In this document: piece after piece, positions 20,479 to 30,784 of the stretch
Position numbering within the stretch: the stretch's first letter is position 1
How the letters are laid out: every line of letters begins with the position of its first letter
Source: an uncultured cyanobacterium
GTDB taxonomy: Bacteria > Cyanobacteriota > Cyanobacteriia > Pseudanabaenales > Pseudanabaenaceae
Reading direction: 5' to 3'
Assembly: GCA_963703315.1 (NCBI GenBank)
Contig: OY969811.1
Coordinates: 4,224,001-4,288,000 of the forward strand
Length of the DNA: 64,000 bases
The notes under the pieces: generated by a model
Database searches by the model: none
Told to the model about the DNA's origin: nothing
The model's input: only the letters and a program-made list of their open reading frames with translations
Made by a program: the position numbers and the translations under genes

Positions 20479-22137
20479 ATGCAAAATATCCACACTCTTC
20501 CACTAGAAGTTGTTCATCTCATTGCCGCAGGTGAGGTGATTGATTCGTTGGCGGCGGTGGTGAGAGAACTTGCCGAAAATGCGATCGATGCTAATGCAAC
20601 CAGAATCGTGATTTCGATTTGGACAGATTCTCTTTCGGTGCAGGTGAGTGATAATGGCACTGGCATGGCGATCGCTGATTTATCTCAAGCTGCAACACCG
20701 CATACAACCAGTAAAATCAATAATGCCAAAGATTTACAACAAATTCATAGTTTAGGATTTCGGGGTGAAGCACTGTATAGTTTGGCGCAACTTGCCGATT
20801 TAAGTATTTGCAGCCGCCCAATTTTAGAGCCTGTAGGTTATCAAGCTAATTATGACGAGCATGGCAATTTACAGTCACTACCGAAAGTAACGGCGATCGC
20901 TACAGGTACAATCGTCACAGTTCGGAATCTCTTTTCCCGATATCCCAATCGCTTGCAATCCTTGCCCAGTAATTCACAGCAGATTCGCAAGGTGCAGTTA
21001 CAAATTCAGAATATGGCGATCGCTAATCCCCATATTAACTGGCAAGTAAACTTAGATAATCGCGAATGGCTCACCATCTGGTCAGGAGAGAATGCTAGTG
21101 AAATCTTGCCGCAAATCATAAATTCGATTCAGCCCTATGATTTAGTATATAAAGAGTTTGCCCCCAGCCCCTCTCCCAATCAGGGAGAGGGAAGCAAGAA
21201 TATCTCCATCACTCTTGGTTTACCCGATCACTTATCGCGCCGCCGTCCTGATTGGGTAAAAGTGATTCTCAATGGTCGAGTAGTAAATTTCCCTGAATTA
21301 GAACAAATAATTCTCTCTAGCCTAGAGCGAACTTTGCCTCGCAATCGATTTCCTGTATGTATTGTGAATTTGAAGTTATCCTGCGATCGCATTGACTGGA
21401 ATCGCCATCCTGCCAAAGCTGAAGCTTATATTCAGAACTTAGGAGACATTCAATCTCAGTTAAAGGAATCTATTAGCGAAACTCTCAAATCTCCGCAATC
21501 AACTTCTCAAATTAGTTACACTAGTGCCACTAATGATTTATTGCGAACTGCTGAACGTAAAACTTCTTATCTCATTCCTGCTAAAAAAGAAAACTTTAAT
21601 CAGATAAATTCCTCGTTAAAGGCGATCGCCCAAGTTCTCGACACTTACATTTTGGCGGAACATTCGGGTGGTTTATGGTTAGTGGAACAGCACGTCGCCC
21701 ATGAGCGAATTCTATTTGAACGTATCGAAACTCAATGGCAAATTGTAGCGATCGAGGAGCCAATTTTATTAAAGCAATTATCTGATGATGGAATAGAACG
21801 TTTACAAGCATTGGGATTAGAAATAGAAACTTTTGGTAATCACCTCTGGGCGGTGCGATCGCTACCAGAAATTCTGATCGGACATCAAGACTGCGCTATT
21901 ATTTTGCAAGAAATGGCTCAACAAGATGACCCCACAATGGCAAGAGCAACGGCGGCTTGTCGTAGTGCAATTCGCAACGGCACAAAGCTAGATCTAACGA
22001 CTATGCGCGATCTCCTATCCCAATGGCAACAAACTCGTAATCCTCATACCTGCCCTCATGGTCGCCCGATATGTTTAGCGATCGATGAGTCAGATTTAGC
22101 CAGATTTTTTCGCCGTAATTGGATTATCTCGAAATGA
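20479..22137 (+). CDS. mutL: DNA mismatch repair endonuclease MutL
   Basis: IAAGEVI, ELAENAIDA, LGFRGEAL, EQHVAHER, ACRSAI, CPHGRP. Confidence 0.95.
   Translation: MQNIHTLPLEVVHLIAAGEVIDSLAAVVRELAENAIDANATRIVISIWTDSLSVQVSDNGTGMAIADLSQAATPHTTSKINNAKDLQQIHSLGFRGEALYSLAQLADLSICSRPILEPVGYQANYDEHGNLQSLPKVTAIATGTIVTVRNLFSRYPNRLQSLPSNSQQIRKVQLQIQNMAIANPHINWQVNLDNREWLTIWSGENASEILPQIINSIQPYDLVYKEFAPSPSPNQGEGSKNISITLGLPDHLSRRRPDWVKVILNGRVVNFPELEQIILSSLERTLPRNRFPVCIVNLKLSCDRIDWNRHPAKAEAYIQNLGDIQSQLKESISETLKSPQSTSQISYTSATNDLLRTAERKTSYLIPAKKENFNQINSSLKAIAQVLDTYILAEHSGGLWLVEQHVAHERILFERIETQWQIVAIEEPILLKQLSDDGIERLQALGLEIETFGNHLWAVRSLPEILIGHQDCAIILQEMAQQDDPTMARATAACRSAIRNGTKLDLTTMRDLLSQWQQTRNPHTCPHGRPICLAIDESDLARFFRRNWIISK
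21161..21196 (+). repeat. Small cyanobacterial hairpin repeat embedded in-frame in mutL
   Basis: CCCCCAGCCCCTCTCCC-AATCA-GGGAGAGGGAAGCA encoding PSPSPNQGEGS. Confidence 0.6.
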
Positions 22138-22141
22138 TTAT

Positions 22142-22615
22142 TCAATGGTTTGTTGCTACTTCTATAGGTTCTGTTGTTGTAATTTTTTTGGGACGACCAC
22201 CTTTCTTGCCATTATTACGAGATGATTCGGCTTTAGCGGGAGAAGTAGTTTGTCCACCTTTACGTCCTAGATGTGACATCCAAGCCTTCGTACCGAAAAT
22301 ACCTGCAACTAGTCCAGTAATATTAAAATCTGCATCTAAACGCTCCCAATGAACACTGCTGCCTGATGCGTCAATCCATACATCATCAAGATCGTCGGGA
22401 GTGGCTTCCCCTAGTCCTTGCACCAAGTTAGGTGGAAAGCTGAAGAAAGCTCCATTTTTAAGAGAAATTACGATTAACCCAGAAGACTTATCAAAACTAA
22501 CAGATGTAGCCCTCGGTTCTGTTGCATCTGCTTCTTGTGCGGCAGCTTTAGCGCTTACGATTTGAGCGTCTAGCTCTTCCTCGCTGATTAGATTGTTCCA
22601 GTTTTTGAACGCCAT
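22142..22615 (-). CDS. DUF2442 family antitoxin-like protein with basic C-terminal tail
   Basis: EPRATSVSFD...VQGL...SVHWERLDADF...GIFGTKAWM...GRKGG...NGKKGGRPKK. Confidence 0.8.
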   Translation of the reverse strand: MAFKNWNNLISEEELDAQIVSAKAAAQEADATEPRATSVSFDKSSGLIVISLKNGAFFSFPPNLVQGLGEATPDDLDDVWIDASGSSVHWERLDADFNITGLVAGIFGTKAWMSHLGRKGGQTTSPAKAESSRNNGKKGGRPKKITTTEPIEVATNH

Positions 22616-22874
22616 GTATTTCGTTCCATTTTTTCAATAAAGTTTCTTGATTATCAGCTACTAACCGCCAAGCTGCCTTGATATCAACATTTCGCATATC
22701 CAGATCAGCTTTTACTATTGAGGGCGGCTCATCTTCATTCCCAATATTTATTTTGACGTTGTGCCTATTCCCATCATTCTTTCTTCCTTTGAACACATGA
22801 ACATGAGCAGGAGTATGGTCGTCAGTGTAGATGTATAAGTATAAGTTTTGACTTTCGTCTGTAAGAACCTTCAC
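22548..22874 (-). CDS. DUF4160 family toxin-like protein
   Basis: IYTDDHTPAHVHVF...LLKKWNEIHG; paired with DUF2442. Confidence 0.8.
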   Translation of the reverse strand: MKVLTDESQNLYLYIYTDDHTPAHVHVFKGRKNDGNRHNVKINIGNEDEPPSIVKADLDMRNVDIKAAWRLVADNQETLLKKWNEIHGVQKLEQSNQRGRARRSNRKR

Positions 22875-22929
22875 AATACAAGAGTCCTAGTTGCATATTT
22901 TTATTGATTCTTAAGGGTTACAAATAATA

Positions 22930-22950
22930 ATAACCTAACGTTTAGGTTAT
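22930..22950. promoter_or_regulatory. Perfect inverted repeat upstream of DUF4160/DUF2442 (candidate autorepression operator)
   Basis: ATAACCTAA-CGT-TTAGGTTAT. Confidence 0.45.
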
Positions 22951-22987
22951 GTCAAAACTTGGCTTGGTATAATTAACTTCAGTTGCT

Positions 22988-23173
22988 TGGCAAAGTCCGC
23001 GTTTAGGGATTCGCTTTGAACTTACTGATGAGAGTTTAAATATTTTTAATCCTGATGGCACTAAGTTTTTGACCTATCTTGAACAGGTCGAACAAAAAGA
23101 ACAAGCTCTAGATGCAATGTCTAAATATGCGGCGAAGTTGCGTGAAATGGGCATTGATCCTGATTTACTTTAG
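22988..23173 (+). pseudogene. C-terminal remnant of a Uma2-family endonuclease
   Basis: Manual translation WQSPRLGIRFELTDESLNIFNPDGTKFLTYLEQ...AAKLREMGIDPDLL*; no 5' part. Confidence 0.75.
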
Positions 23174-23237
23174 GGTTACAGAGCTTTGTCCTGATATATT
23201 TAGCTATAGGTCTCGCTAAATTTAAGGTTAGGTTAAA

Positions 23238-25001
23238 ATGATTGATTCGCAAAAATTGGATCGCAAATCAGACAATATTTCTAATAGCCAATTTACTTAT
23301 CGAATATCAATTCCTGAACCAGAAAATCATTTACTTCATGTTGAATTAGCGATCGCTGATTGGCAAGCAGAATTTATTGATCTCAAATTACCAGTCTGGA
23401 CACCGGGATCTTATCTAGTCCGTGAATATGCTAAAAATTTGCAAGATTTTAACGCGATATCTGAGAATGGGAAGCCGCTCTCATGGCAAAAAATCAGTAA
23501 AAATCACTGGCGCGTGAATTGTGGTGATTGCTCTCAAATTAAAGTTCAATATCGCATCTTCTGTAATGAGTTAACTGTGCGTACCAATCATATTGATAGT
23601 ACCCATGCCTTTTTTACAGGTGCAGCCGTATTTCTCTATATTTCTGAACATCAACATCAATCTCACAATGTTGAGATTGATACTCCTAAAGAGAACTGGC
23701 AAATTGCTACTGCTCTACCAAATGTTGCCAATAGTTCAAATGTCTTCTATGCCAAGGATTTCGATACTTTAGTGGATAGTCCCTTTGAAATTGGCATTCA
23801 GGAACAGCATCAATTTACCGTACTTGATAAGTCACATCGCTTGATTATTTGGGGACAACATAATGCCGATGTGCAGCGCATGGTCAGAGATATTGCTGAG
23901 ATCGTAGCCGTAGAAGCCGAAATGTTTGGTGGGTTGCCCTACGATCGCTATGACTTTATTCTCCATGCGAGTAATGGATTTGGTGGATTAGAGCATAAAA
24001 ATAGTACGGTACTCCTCTATAACCGCTTAGGATTTCGTAAAGAAGAAAGTTATTTACAATTCATCAATCTTGTTGCTCACGAATTTTTCCATACATGGAA
24101 TGTGAAACGAATTCGTCCTCAAGCTTTAGAAAACTTTGACTATGAGCAGGAGAATTACACAGGTTCTCTTTGGTTTAGTGAAGGAACTACTAGCTATTAT
24201 GATCAAATTTTTCCGCTTCGTACCAAGCTTTATGATGCCAAGCACTATCTTAAACTTGTTAACAAGAGCATTACCCGTCTCCAAACTACCTTTGGGCGCA
24301 ATGTACAGTCGCTCTATGAATCTAGTTTTGATACATGGATTAAGCTCTATCGTCCCGATGCTAATTCTCATAACAACCAAATTTCTTACTATCTCAAGGG
24401 TGAATTGGTTTCCATGTTATTGGATTTGCTGATTCGGGATAAAAGCAATAATTTGCGATCGCTTGATCGGGTACTCCAAATTATGTGGGAACGTTTTGGT
24501 AAAGAGGAAATCGGCTTTACTGAAGCTGAACTTCATGAAGTAATTGAATCAGTTGCGGGTGTTGATCTTACAAACTTCTGGAATGATTATCTCTATGGCA
24601 CTAAAGAGTTAGATTATAACTATTATCTAGAACCCTTCGGTATTGAGTTGCGAACTGCCAAACAAGATGTTCCCTTTACTGGTTTAACTGTCAAATCTAA
24701 AAATGGGGTTGCGGAAGTAGAGAAAGTGGAATTTGGTTCACCTGCCCAAAAAGCAGGAATTAGTACAGGTGATATATTACTAGCGATCGCAGGTATTCGG
24801 GTGACGGCTGAGAGTTTTAGCGATCGCCTGCGTGATTTCGCATCTGGAGAGGCGATCGCGGTAACCATCTTCCAGCAAGACTTACTGAAAACTGTAGAAG
24901 TGCTTTTACAAGAACCAATGACTAATCATTTTGAGCTTGTCCAAATTCCAAATGCTTCTCCAAATCAAGAAGTAAATTTAAGATTATGGTTAAATATCTA
25001 G
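23238..25001 (+). CDS. M61 family metallopeptidase with PDZ domain
   Basis: PVWTPGSYLVREY, GGLEHKNS, AHEFFHTWNVKRIRP, GSPAQKAGI. Confidence 0.92.
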   Translation: MIDSQKLDRKSDNISNSQFTYRISIPEPENHLLHVELAIADWQAEFIDLKLPVWTPGSYLVREYAKNLQDFNAISENGKPLSWQKISKNHWRVNCGDCSQIKVQYRIFCNELTVRTNHIDSTHAFFTGAAVFLYISEHQHQSHNVEIDTPKENWQIATALPNVANSSNVFYAKDFDTLVDSPFEIGIQEQHQFTVLDKSHRLIIWGQHNADVQRMVRDIAEIVAVEAEMFGGLPYDRYDFILHASNGFGGLEHKNSTVLLYNRLGFRKEESYLQFINLVAHEFFHTWNVKRIRPQALENFDYEQENYTGSLWFSEGTTSYYDQIFPLRTKLYDAKHYLKLVNKSITRLQTTFGRNVQSLYESSFDTWIKLYRPDANSHNNQISYYLKGELVSMLLDLLIRDKSNNLRSLDRVLQIMWERFGKEEIGFTEAELHEVIESVAGVDLTNFWNDYLYGTKELDYNYYLEPFGIELRTAKQDVPFTGLTVKSKNGVAEVEKVEFGSPAQKAGISTGDILLAIAGIRVTAESFSDRLRDFASGEAIAVTIFQQDLLKTVEVLLQEPMTNHFELVQIPNASPNQEVNLRLWLNI

Positions 25002-25002
25002 C

Positions 25003-25088
25003 ATAAGTAGCTCAGCATAGTTAAAACCCAAAACCAGAGCTTGTGCCGCCCGCTACGTGGGCGGCACAAGTTTCTAGGTTTAAGTTTA
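25003..25088. repeat. Truncated copy of the MITE-like element at 43734-43837
   Basis: ATAAGTAGCTCAGCAT...AGAGCTTGTGCCGCCCGC..GGGCGGCACAAG..TCTAGGTTTTAAGTTTA shared with 43734-43837. Confidence 0.75.
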
Positions 25089-25114
25089 TTAATAGAGAGT
25101 TGCACCGCAACTCT

Positions 25115-27286
25115 CTATTGAGGTTTTGTATTAGGTTTAGTCACTCCTTGCGCTCTGAGCAAAGTCTCAACATCCTCGGCGGGCAAAGCTTTATAGAAGA
25201 AATGACCTTGAACGCGATCGCAACCTAATGACTTTAAAAAATCAACTTGCTCTTTCGTTTCTGCACCTTCAGCAATTACAGTTAAGTTAAGACTATGAGA
25301 TAGGTTAATAATTGAAGCAACGATCGCTTGATCCTGCTCATTATGGGTAATATTCTCAATAAATATACGATCAATTTTTAATGTATCGATTGGCAAATTT
25401 TTGAGATAACTGAGGGCTGAGTAACCAGTACCAAAATCATCGATTGATAACTGAATCCCCATCTCGCGGAATTGGTTTAACAAGATGATTTTTTCTTCAA
25501 CATTTTCCATCATGATCCCCTCAGTAATCTCTAACTCTAAGTAGTGGGGATCAATATTAGTTTCTTCGATAATTTGCTGGAGAAAAGGTAAAAAATCTTT
25601 TTGTTGAAGTTGCTTAATTGATAAATTTACACCAATTTGAATCGGTGTTAGCCCCTTATTTTGCCATGCGATCGCCTGTAAACAAGTTTGCTTTAATACC
25701 CAAGACCCAATTGCTATGATTAAGCCTGTTTCCTCAGCAAGGGGAATAAATTTGCTGGGTGGAATAGATCCTAAAGCTACGTGCTTCCATCGCAATAAAA
25801 CCTCTAGACCAACGATTTTACCTGTGTTTAAATCAATCTGTGGTTGATAGTATGTTTCTAACTCTTCATTTTCTAATGCTCTTCTCAGATTGTTTTCCAT
25901 AGATAATCTCTGGAAGCTCTGTTCTTGCATATTCGGAATATAAAACTGGAAGCTATTTTGTCCTTCTTCCTTAGCTCGATACATCGCCATATCAGCATTA
26001 TGAATTAATCCTTCCACATCAGTATTATGATCTGGATAAATACTCGCGCCAATGCACGTCGTAATATGTAACTCATGTCCACCACAGTTAAAAGGTGATG
26101 ACAAAGCCTGAATCATTGTCTCGCCAATTTGAGCAACTACATCGATCGAATCAACTGCCTTAGCCACGATCGCAAATTCATCCGCGCCCCAACGCACTAG
26201 TAAATCATCTTCTTTTAATAAGTCTTTTAAGCGATCGCCTACAGCTTGAAGTAACAAATCCCCCATACTATGCCCTAGAGAATCATTAATCAATTTAAAA
26301 CGATCAATGTCCAGTAATAAAACTGCAAATCTTTGTTGTTTATCTTCTAAGTTCTCAACAACTTTGACTAAATATTCATACAAATACTTGCGATTAGGTA
26401 GACCTGTTAGCGAATCATGATGAATTTGATAAGAGATGATCGCTTCAGCCCGTTTCTGTTTCGTAACATCATATATATGAATCCGAATTACTTCATTCCA
26501 AGGCATAAAATGAATGATTTCTTCAAATACTTTGCCATTGAACTCTATCTCACGCATAAAAAAGTTGCGAACAGGATTAACCAGTGGTATCAATTGACTG
26601 AGTAATTCCTGAAGTAAAGGATGACTAGTTCCAATATCTTCAAGATCAGGAAATTGATACAAAACCGCAGGATTAAGATATAGAATTCTTCCTACTAAGT
26701 TTAGATCAATAATTGGTTGGGGATTTAGTTCTGGAGAAGCAATAAATTGATTAATAGTTTCATGGATATGCACAGATAAATCTTGCTCTGAAATAGATTG
26801 CAAAGAAGCAAGTTGAAAAGATACAATTTCACTCAAAGGATTACTCTTTCTGGTTGTGGTTCCGCTTTGAGCAATATTCACTTGAGAGTTCCTATTTGTG
26901 GGTATATTAGAGATCACGCTGATCACTTGATATACCGCTTTAGTATCTTTACTAAATAAAATCTCATCCCCATGAGACAAGATGTGAGAGAATCGTCTCC
27001 TCCCATTAATTAAGATTCCATTTGTACTGCGAATACCATCTACACTACCGTCAATTATTCGGAAGAAACATGAAGAAGAAGATTTGTGTGAGGCTACGGC
27101 TAGTAGTGTGGCGTGTTGCCGTGATACGAGGTTAGAACGCAGAATAATCGAATTTCCTAAACTCCTGCCTAAGGAATAAGTCATATTGTGTAAAAGAAAA
27201 TTGCGAAATCCTTGAGGATCTTCAACCGTAAGTACGTGATGAAGCATCTCTTTATTCTCAAGAGTGGATGACTCTTCTGATCTCAC
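25115..27286 (-). CDS. FHA-PAS-like-GGDEF-EAL c-di-GMP signalling protein
   Basis: LGRS...VSRQHA...STNG FHA; HDSLTGLPNR; RWGADEF; EVLLRW; DDFGTGYS. Confidence 0.9.
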   Translation of the reverse strand: MRSEESSTLENKEMLHHVLTVEDPQGFRNFLLHNMTYSLGRSLGNSIILRSNLVSRQHATLLAVASHKSSSSCFFRIIDGSVDGIRSTNGILINGRRRFSHILSHGDEILFSKDTKAVYQVISVISNIPTNRNSQVNIAQSGTTTRKSNPLSEIVSFQLASLQSISEQDLSVHIHETINQFIASPELNPQPIIDLNLVGRILYLNPAVLYQFPDLEDIGTSHPLLQELLSQLIPLVNPVRNFFMREIEFNGKVFEEIIHFMPWNEVIRIHIYDVTKQKRAEAIISYQIHHDSLTGLPNRKYLYEYLVKVVENLEDKQQRFAVLLLDIDRFKLINDSLGHSMGDLLLQAVGDRLKDLLKEDDLLVRWGADEFAIVAKAVDSIDVVAQIGETMIQALSSPFNCGGHELHITTCIGASIYPDHNTDVEGLIHNADMAMYRAKEEGQNSFQFYIPNMQEQSFQRLSMENNLRRALENEELETYYQPQIDLNTGKIVGLEVLLRWKHVALGSIPPSKFIPLAEETGLIIAIGSWVLKQTCLQAIAWQNKGLTPIQIGVNLSIKQLQQKDFLPFLQQIIEETNIDPHYLELEITEGIMMENVEEKIILLNQFREMGIQLSIDDFGTGYSALSYLKNLPIDTLKIDRIFIENITHNEQDQAIVASIINLSHSLNLTVIAEGAETKEQVDFLKSLGCDRVQGHFFYKALPAEDVETLLRAQGVTKPNTKPQ

Positions 27287-27668
27287 CTGAATAATTTCCC
27301 TTTACAACGAACTTTAGAAGGATCGACAATGATATTAAGCTACTAGGTTTTTGAAAGCAGAGTAAGTTATTACTTTTAACAGAAGTTTATGCTTAATTCC
27401 AGAGTTAAAAAAGTTAGTAGTAACTAACCGCTAGTCTAGGAATTTTTTTAATTCTCAAAAACTTTGAGAATTACTAGTCGAATACCGTGAATTGAGATAT
27501 ATAAATTTTTTATTCAATTATTATACAAATATTATACAAGAGTAGTTATGTACCTACGGTTATACAACTATATCTAGCGTTTGTTAAGTCAATCCGATTA
27601 GATTTATTGTCATTTAGGTCATTATTCGGAAATTACACGCCTAAAATACCTGTATTAACGAGTCATTA

Positions 27669-29120
27669 ATGCCAATGTCAGAAATATTTCGAGAATGGAC
27701 AGCAATTCAACAGAAATTTCAGCAGATTTGGGGATATGAAGATTTACGTCCGTCTCAGCGTGAGGTCGTGACCAGCTTATTGCAAGGACAAGATAGTTTG
27801 GCAATTATGGCTACAGGTGGTGGTAAGTCTATTTGTTTTCAGTTGCCCGCAATCCTGAATGAAGGTTTGACCTTGGTAATTTCTCCTTTACTGGCGCTGA
27901 TGGAAGATCAGGTGAGGGACTTACGATCGCGAAATCTTCCTGCCGCTTGTTTGCATAGCAACTTGTCGCAAATAGAACGTCGTGAAGTATTACGAAATTT
28001 ACCAAACACGCGCTTACTGTATATTTCGCCTGAAACCCTCTTGAGCCAGCCTGTCTGGGAAAAACTCAGCGATCGCCAATTAAAAATTACAGGTTTAATG
28101 CTAGATGAAGCGCATTGTTTGGTGCAGTGGGGGGATTCGTTTCGCCCCAGCTATCGGCGGCTAGGGGCAGTGCGATCGGCTTTGATGCAACAAAAGCCTG
28201 ACGATCATCCCAGAATTTCGTTGGCAGCATTTACGGCAACTGCCGATCGCGAAACAACGGCGGAGTTACAGGCTTGCTTGCAAATGCAAAATCCGAAAAT
28301 CGTCAGAACGAGTCCCTATCGTCCCCATCTGAGTCTGAAGGTAGAAATCGCATGGACTCCCGCAGGGCGCAAATCACGAACCCTGAAATTTATTCGCGAT
28401 CGCAAGGGACAGTCTGGCTTAATCTATGTTCGTAGCCGCAACGATGCCGAAACCTTAGCCACTTGGTTACAATCAAATTCTTTTAAAACTGCGGCTTACC
28501 ATGCAGGTTTACCACCCCAAGAGCGTCGTCAGATCGAGCAGCAATGGCTCACTAATCAATATCCCTTTGTGATCTGCACTTCCGCGTTTGGACTCGGCAT
28601 TAATAAGCCCGATACTCGTTGGGTACTGCATTTTCATCCACCCCTAACCCTTTCAGAATATATTCAAGAAATTGGGAGAGCAGGGCGTGACGACAAACCT
28701 GCGGAGGCTTTAATGCTGGTCAGTGAGCCAACGGGGTTACTCGATGATAGCGATCGCCAGAGGGTAAATTTTTTCATGCAGCAACAACAGAAAATCCAAC
28801 AACAGGCTCAGGCACTTTTACCCAAATTGCCGCACCAAGGAAATTTTAATGAGGTGTCAAAATTACATCCTGATGCGGCGATCGCTTTAGGTTTATTGCA
28901 TTGTTCAGGAAATTTGATCTGGCATACGCCTTTTAGCTACGAAATCCGTAACTTGCCCAAAAATCAACTAAAACAATCGACGGAAGATAAACTGGGGGAT
29001 CAAAGAGCGATCGCGCAAATGCAAGCTTATATCCATGTAAAAGGCAATCGTTGGGCTTTTTTACTGGATAACTTTGGATTTGAGCAAGAATCCAAGTTAC
29101 TGCTAAAATCAGAACGCTAA
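27669..29120 (+). CDS. recQ: RecQ-family ATP-dependent DNA helicase (short form)
   Basis: ATGGGKSICFQ, DEAHC, FTATA, YHAGL, QEIGRAGRD. Confidence 0.88.
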   Translation: MPMSEIFREWTAIQQKFQQIWGYEDLRPSQREVVTSLLQGQDSLAIMATGGGKSICFQLPAILNEGLTLVISPLLALMEDQVRDLRSRNLPAACLHSNLSQIERREVLRNLPNTRLLYISPETLLSQPVWEKLSDRQLKITGLMLDEAHCLVQWGDSFRPSYRRLGAVRSALMQQKPDDHPRISLAAFTATADRETTAELQACLQMQNPKIVRTSPYRPHLSLKVEIAWTPAGRKSRTLKFIRDRKGQSGLIYVRSRNDAETLATWLQSNSFKTAAYHAGLPPQERRQIEQQWLTNQYPFVICTSAFGLGINKPDTRWVLHFHPPLTLSEYIQEIGRAGRDDKPAEALMLVSEPTGLLDDSDRQRVNFFMQQQQKIQQQAQALLPKLPHQGNFNEVSKLHPDAAIALGLLHCSGNLIWHTPFSYEIRNLPKNQLKQSTEDKLGDQRAIAQMQAYIHVKGNRWAFLLDNFGFEQESKLLLKSER

Positions 29121-29151
29121 CTTAATTTTTCTTTACAACAGGGAAATATAC

Positions 29152-30228
29152 GTGTCGTCTACGACTATCCATCGGATTAATCTCGAAAACCCGCTTACCG
29201 ATGCCTCTTCTACATCACAAACTGAACTTCCGTTTACTTTTCAAGATGTAAAAAGCGCTATTCCTGCTGAATGTTTTGCTCCGAATGTATGGCGATCGCT
29301 CGCCTATTTTTTTGCGGATACGGCAATAATTGTCGGTCTATATGCTGCTGCTGTCTATATCGATGCATGGTGGTTTTATCCGATTTTTTGGTTCGCAACG
29401 GGGACAATGTTTTGGGCGTTTTTCGTCGTCGGTCATGACTGCGGACATGGTTCTTTCTCCCGCATCAAGTGGCTCAATAACTTGATCGGACATCTCACCC
29501 ACATTCCGATCCTTGTGCCATATCACGGCTGGCGGATCAGTCATCGGACTCACCACCAAAATACAGGCAATATCGACACCGATGAGAGTTGGTATCCTGT
29601 TACTGAAAGTCAGTACAAAGCAATGGATTGGTTGGGGAAATTCATTCGCTTTGATGCTTTGCTACTCGCTTATCCTCTCTATCTATTTAAGCGATCGCCT
29701 GCTCGTACCACAGCTTCCCATTTCATTCCTAATAACGATCTATTTCGTGAATCAGAAACCACTGATATCATCACCAGCACCACTCTTTGGGTAGCAATGG
29801 TAGGTTTTCTAACTTGGTTAGGTTTCAGTTATGGTTTCTTATTTCTATTCAAATTCTATATCGTTCCCTATCTTGTTTTCGTGGTATGGCTTGACCTAGT
29901 TACCTATCTGCACCACAGTGAAGCTGATATTCCTTGGTATCGCGGTAAAGATTGGTACTTCCTTAAGGGAGCGCTCTCTACGATTGATCGTGACTACGGC
30001 ATCTTTAACAATATCCATCACAATATTGGTACTCATGTTGCCCATCACATTTTTATTGGGATTCCTCACTATCATCTCAAAACTGCCACTGAAGCAATCA
30101 AACCAGTCCTAGGGAATTATTATCGAATTTCCCAAGTACCGATTTGGAAGTCTTTCTTCACTTCTCAAAAAGCCTGTCAGTTTGTCCCTGACTCAGGTGG
30201 TCAAGTGTACTACCAAACTCAAGACTAA
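29152..30228 (+). CDS. desB: Omega-3 (delta-15) fatty acid desaturase
   Basis: His boxes GHDCGHGSF, WRISHRTHH, HVAHH. Confidence 0.9.
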   Translation: MSSTTIHRINLENPLTDASSTSQTELPFTFQDVKSAIPAECFAPNVWRSLAYFFADTAIIVGLYAAAVYIDAWWFYPIFWFATGTMFWAFFVVGHDCGHGSFSRIKWLNNLIGHLTHIPILVPYHGWRISHRTHHQNTGNIDTDESWYPVTESQYKAMDWLGKFIRFDALLLAYPLYLFKRSPARTTASHFIPNNDLFRESETTDIITSTTLWVAMVGFLTWLGFSYGFLFLFKFYIVPYLVFVVWLDLVTYLHHSEADIPWYRGKDWYFLKGALSTIDRDYGIFNNIHHNIGTHVAHHIFIGIPHYHLKTATEAIKPVLGNYYRISQVPIWKSFFTSQKACQFVPDSGGQVYYQTQD

Positions 30229-30264
30229 AAAGAGAAGGGATGCTTTGCATCCCTTCTCTTTTTT
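30227..30264 (+). terminator. Terminator after desB
   Basis: AAAAAGAGAAGGGATGC-TTT-GCATCCCTTCTCTTTTT. Confidence 0.7.
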
Positions 30265-30502
30265 ATGATTAGGCTTATGCAATTTGTTGATAATTAAGTA
30301 ATCGTCCCGCTTCACATTTTTTGAGTTCATACCTATAATATGTATAGGCGTGCTGAGTATTATTACTTTCTTAGCTTTGTCGTGAAAGCATTAGATTAAA
30401 TCGTGTCCTATCCACATCGCAATATACGCAAACACTTTAATCGCTCTTGATACGCCAAACTTATATTTTCATAAATTAACCCTTAGTGGAGGCAACCCTA
30501 AT

Positions 30503-30784
30503 ATGTCTACCGAAACCATTACTCGTCCCGCAACCATACGCAAAATTGCACCAAGATATCGAGTTTTGTTACATAACGACGACTACAACTCGATGGAATA
30601 TGTCGTCCAAACCTTAATGCAAGTAGTAAATGGTCTTACACAGCCTCAGGCAGTGGATATCATGATGGCGGCTCATGCGAGTGGTTGCGCCTTAGTAATT
30701 ACCTGTGTACAGGAACACGCCGAATTTTATTGTGAAGGTCTACAAAGTAAAGGCTTAACTAGCACGATCGAGCCAGAGGAATGA
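30503..30784 (+). CDS. clpS: ATP-dependent Clp protease adaptor ClpS
   Basis: YRVLLHNDDYNSMEYVV...AH..G...EHAEFYCEGL. Confidence 0.93.
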   Translation: MSTETITRPATIRKIAPRYRVLLHNDDYNSMEYVVQTLMQVVNGLTQPQAVDIMMAAHASGCALVITCVQEHAEFYCEGLQSKGLTSTIEPEE

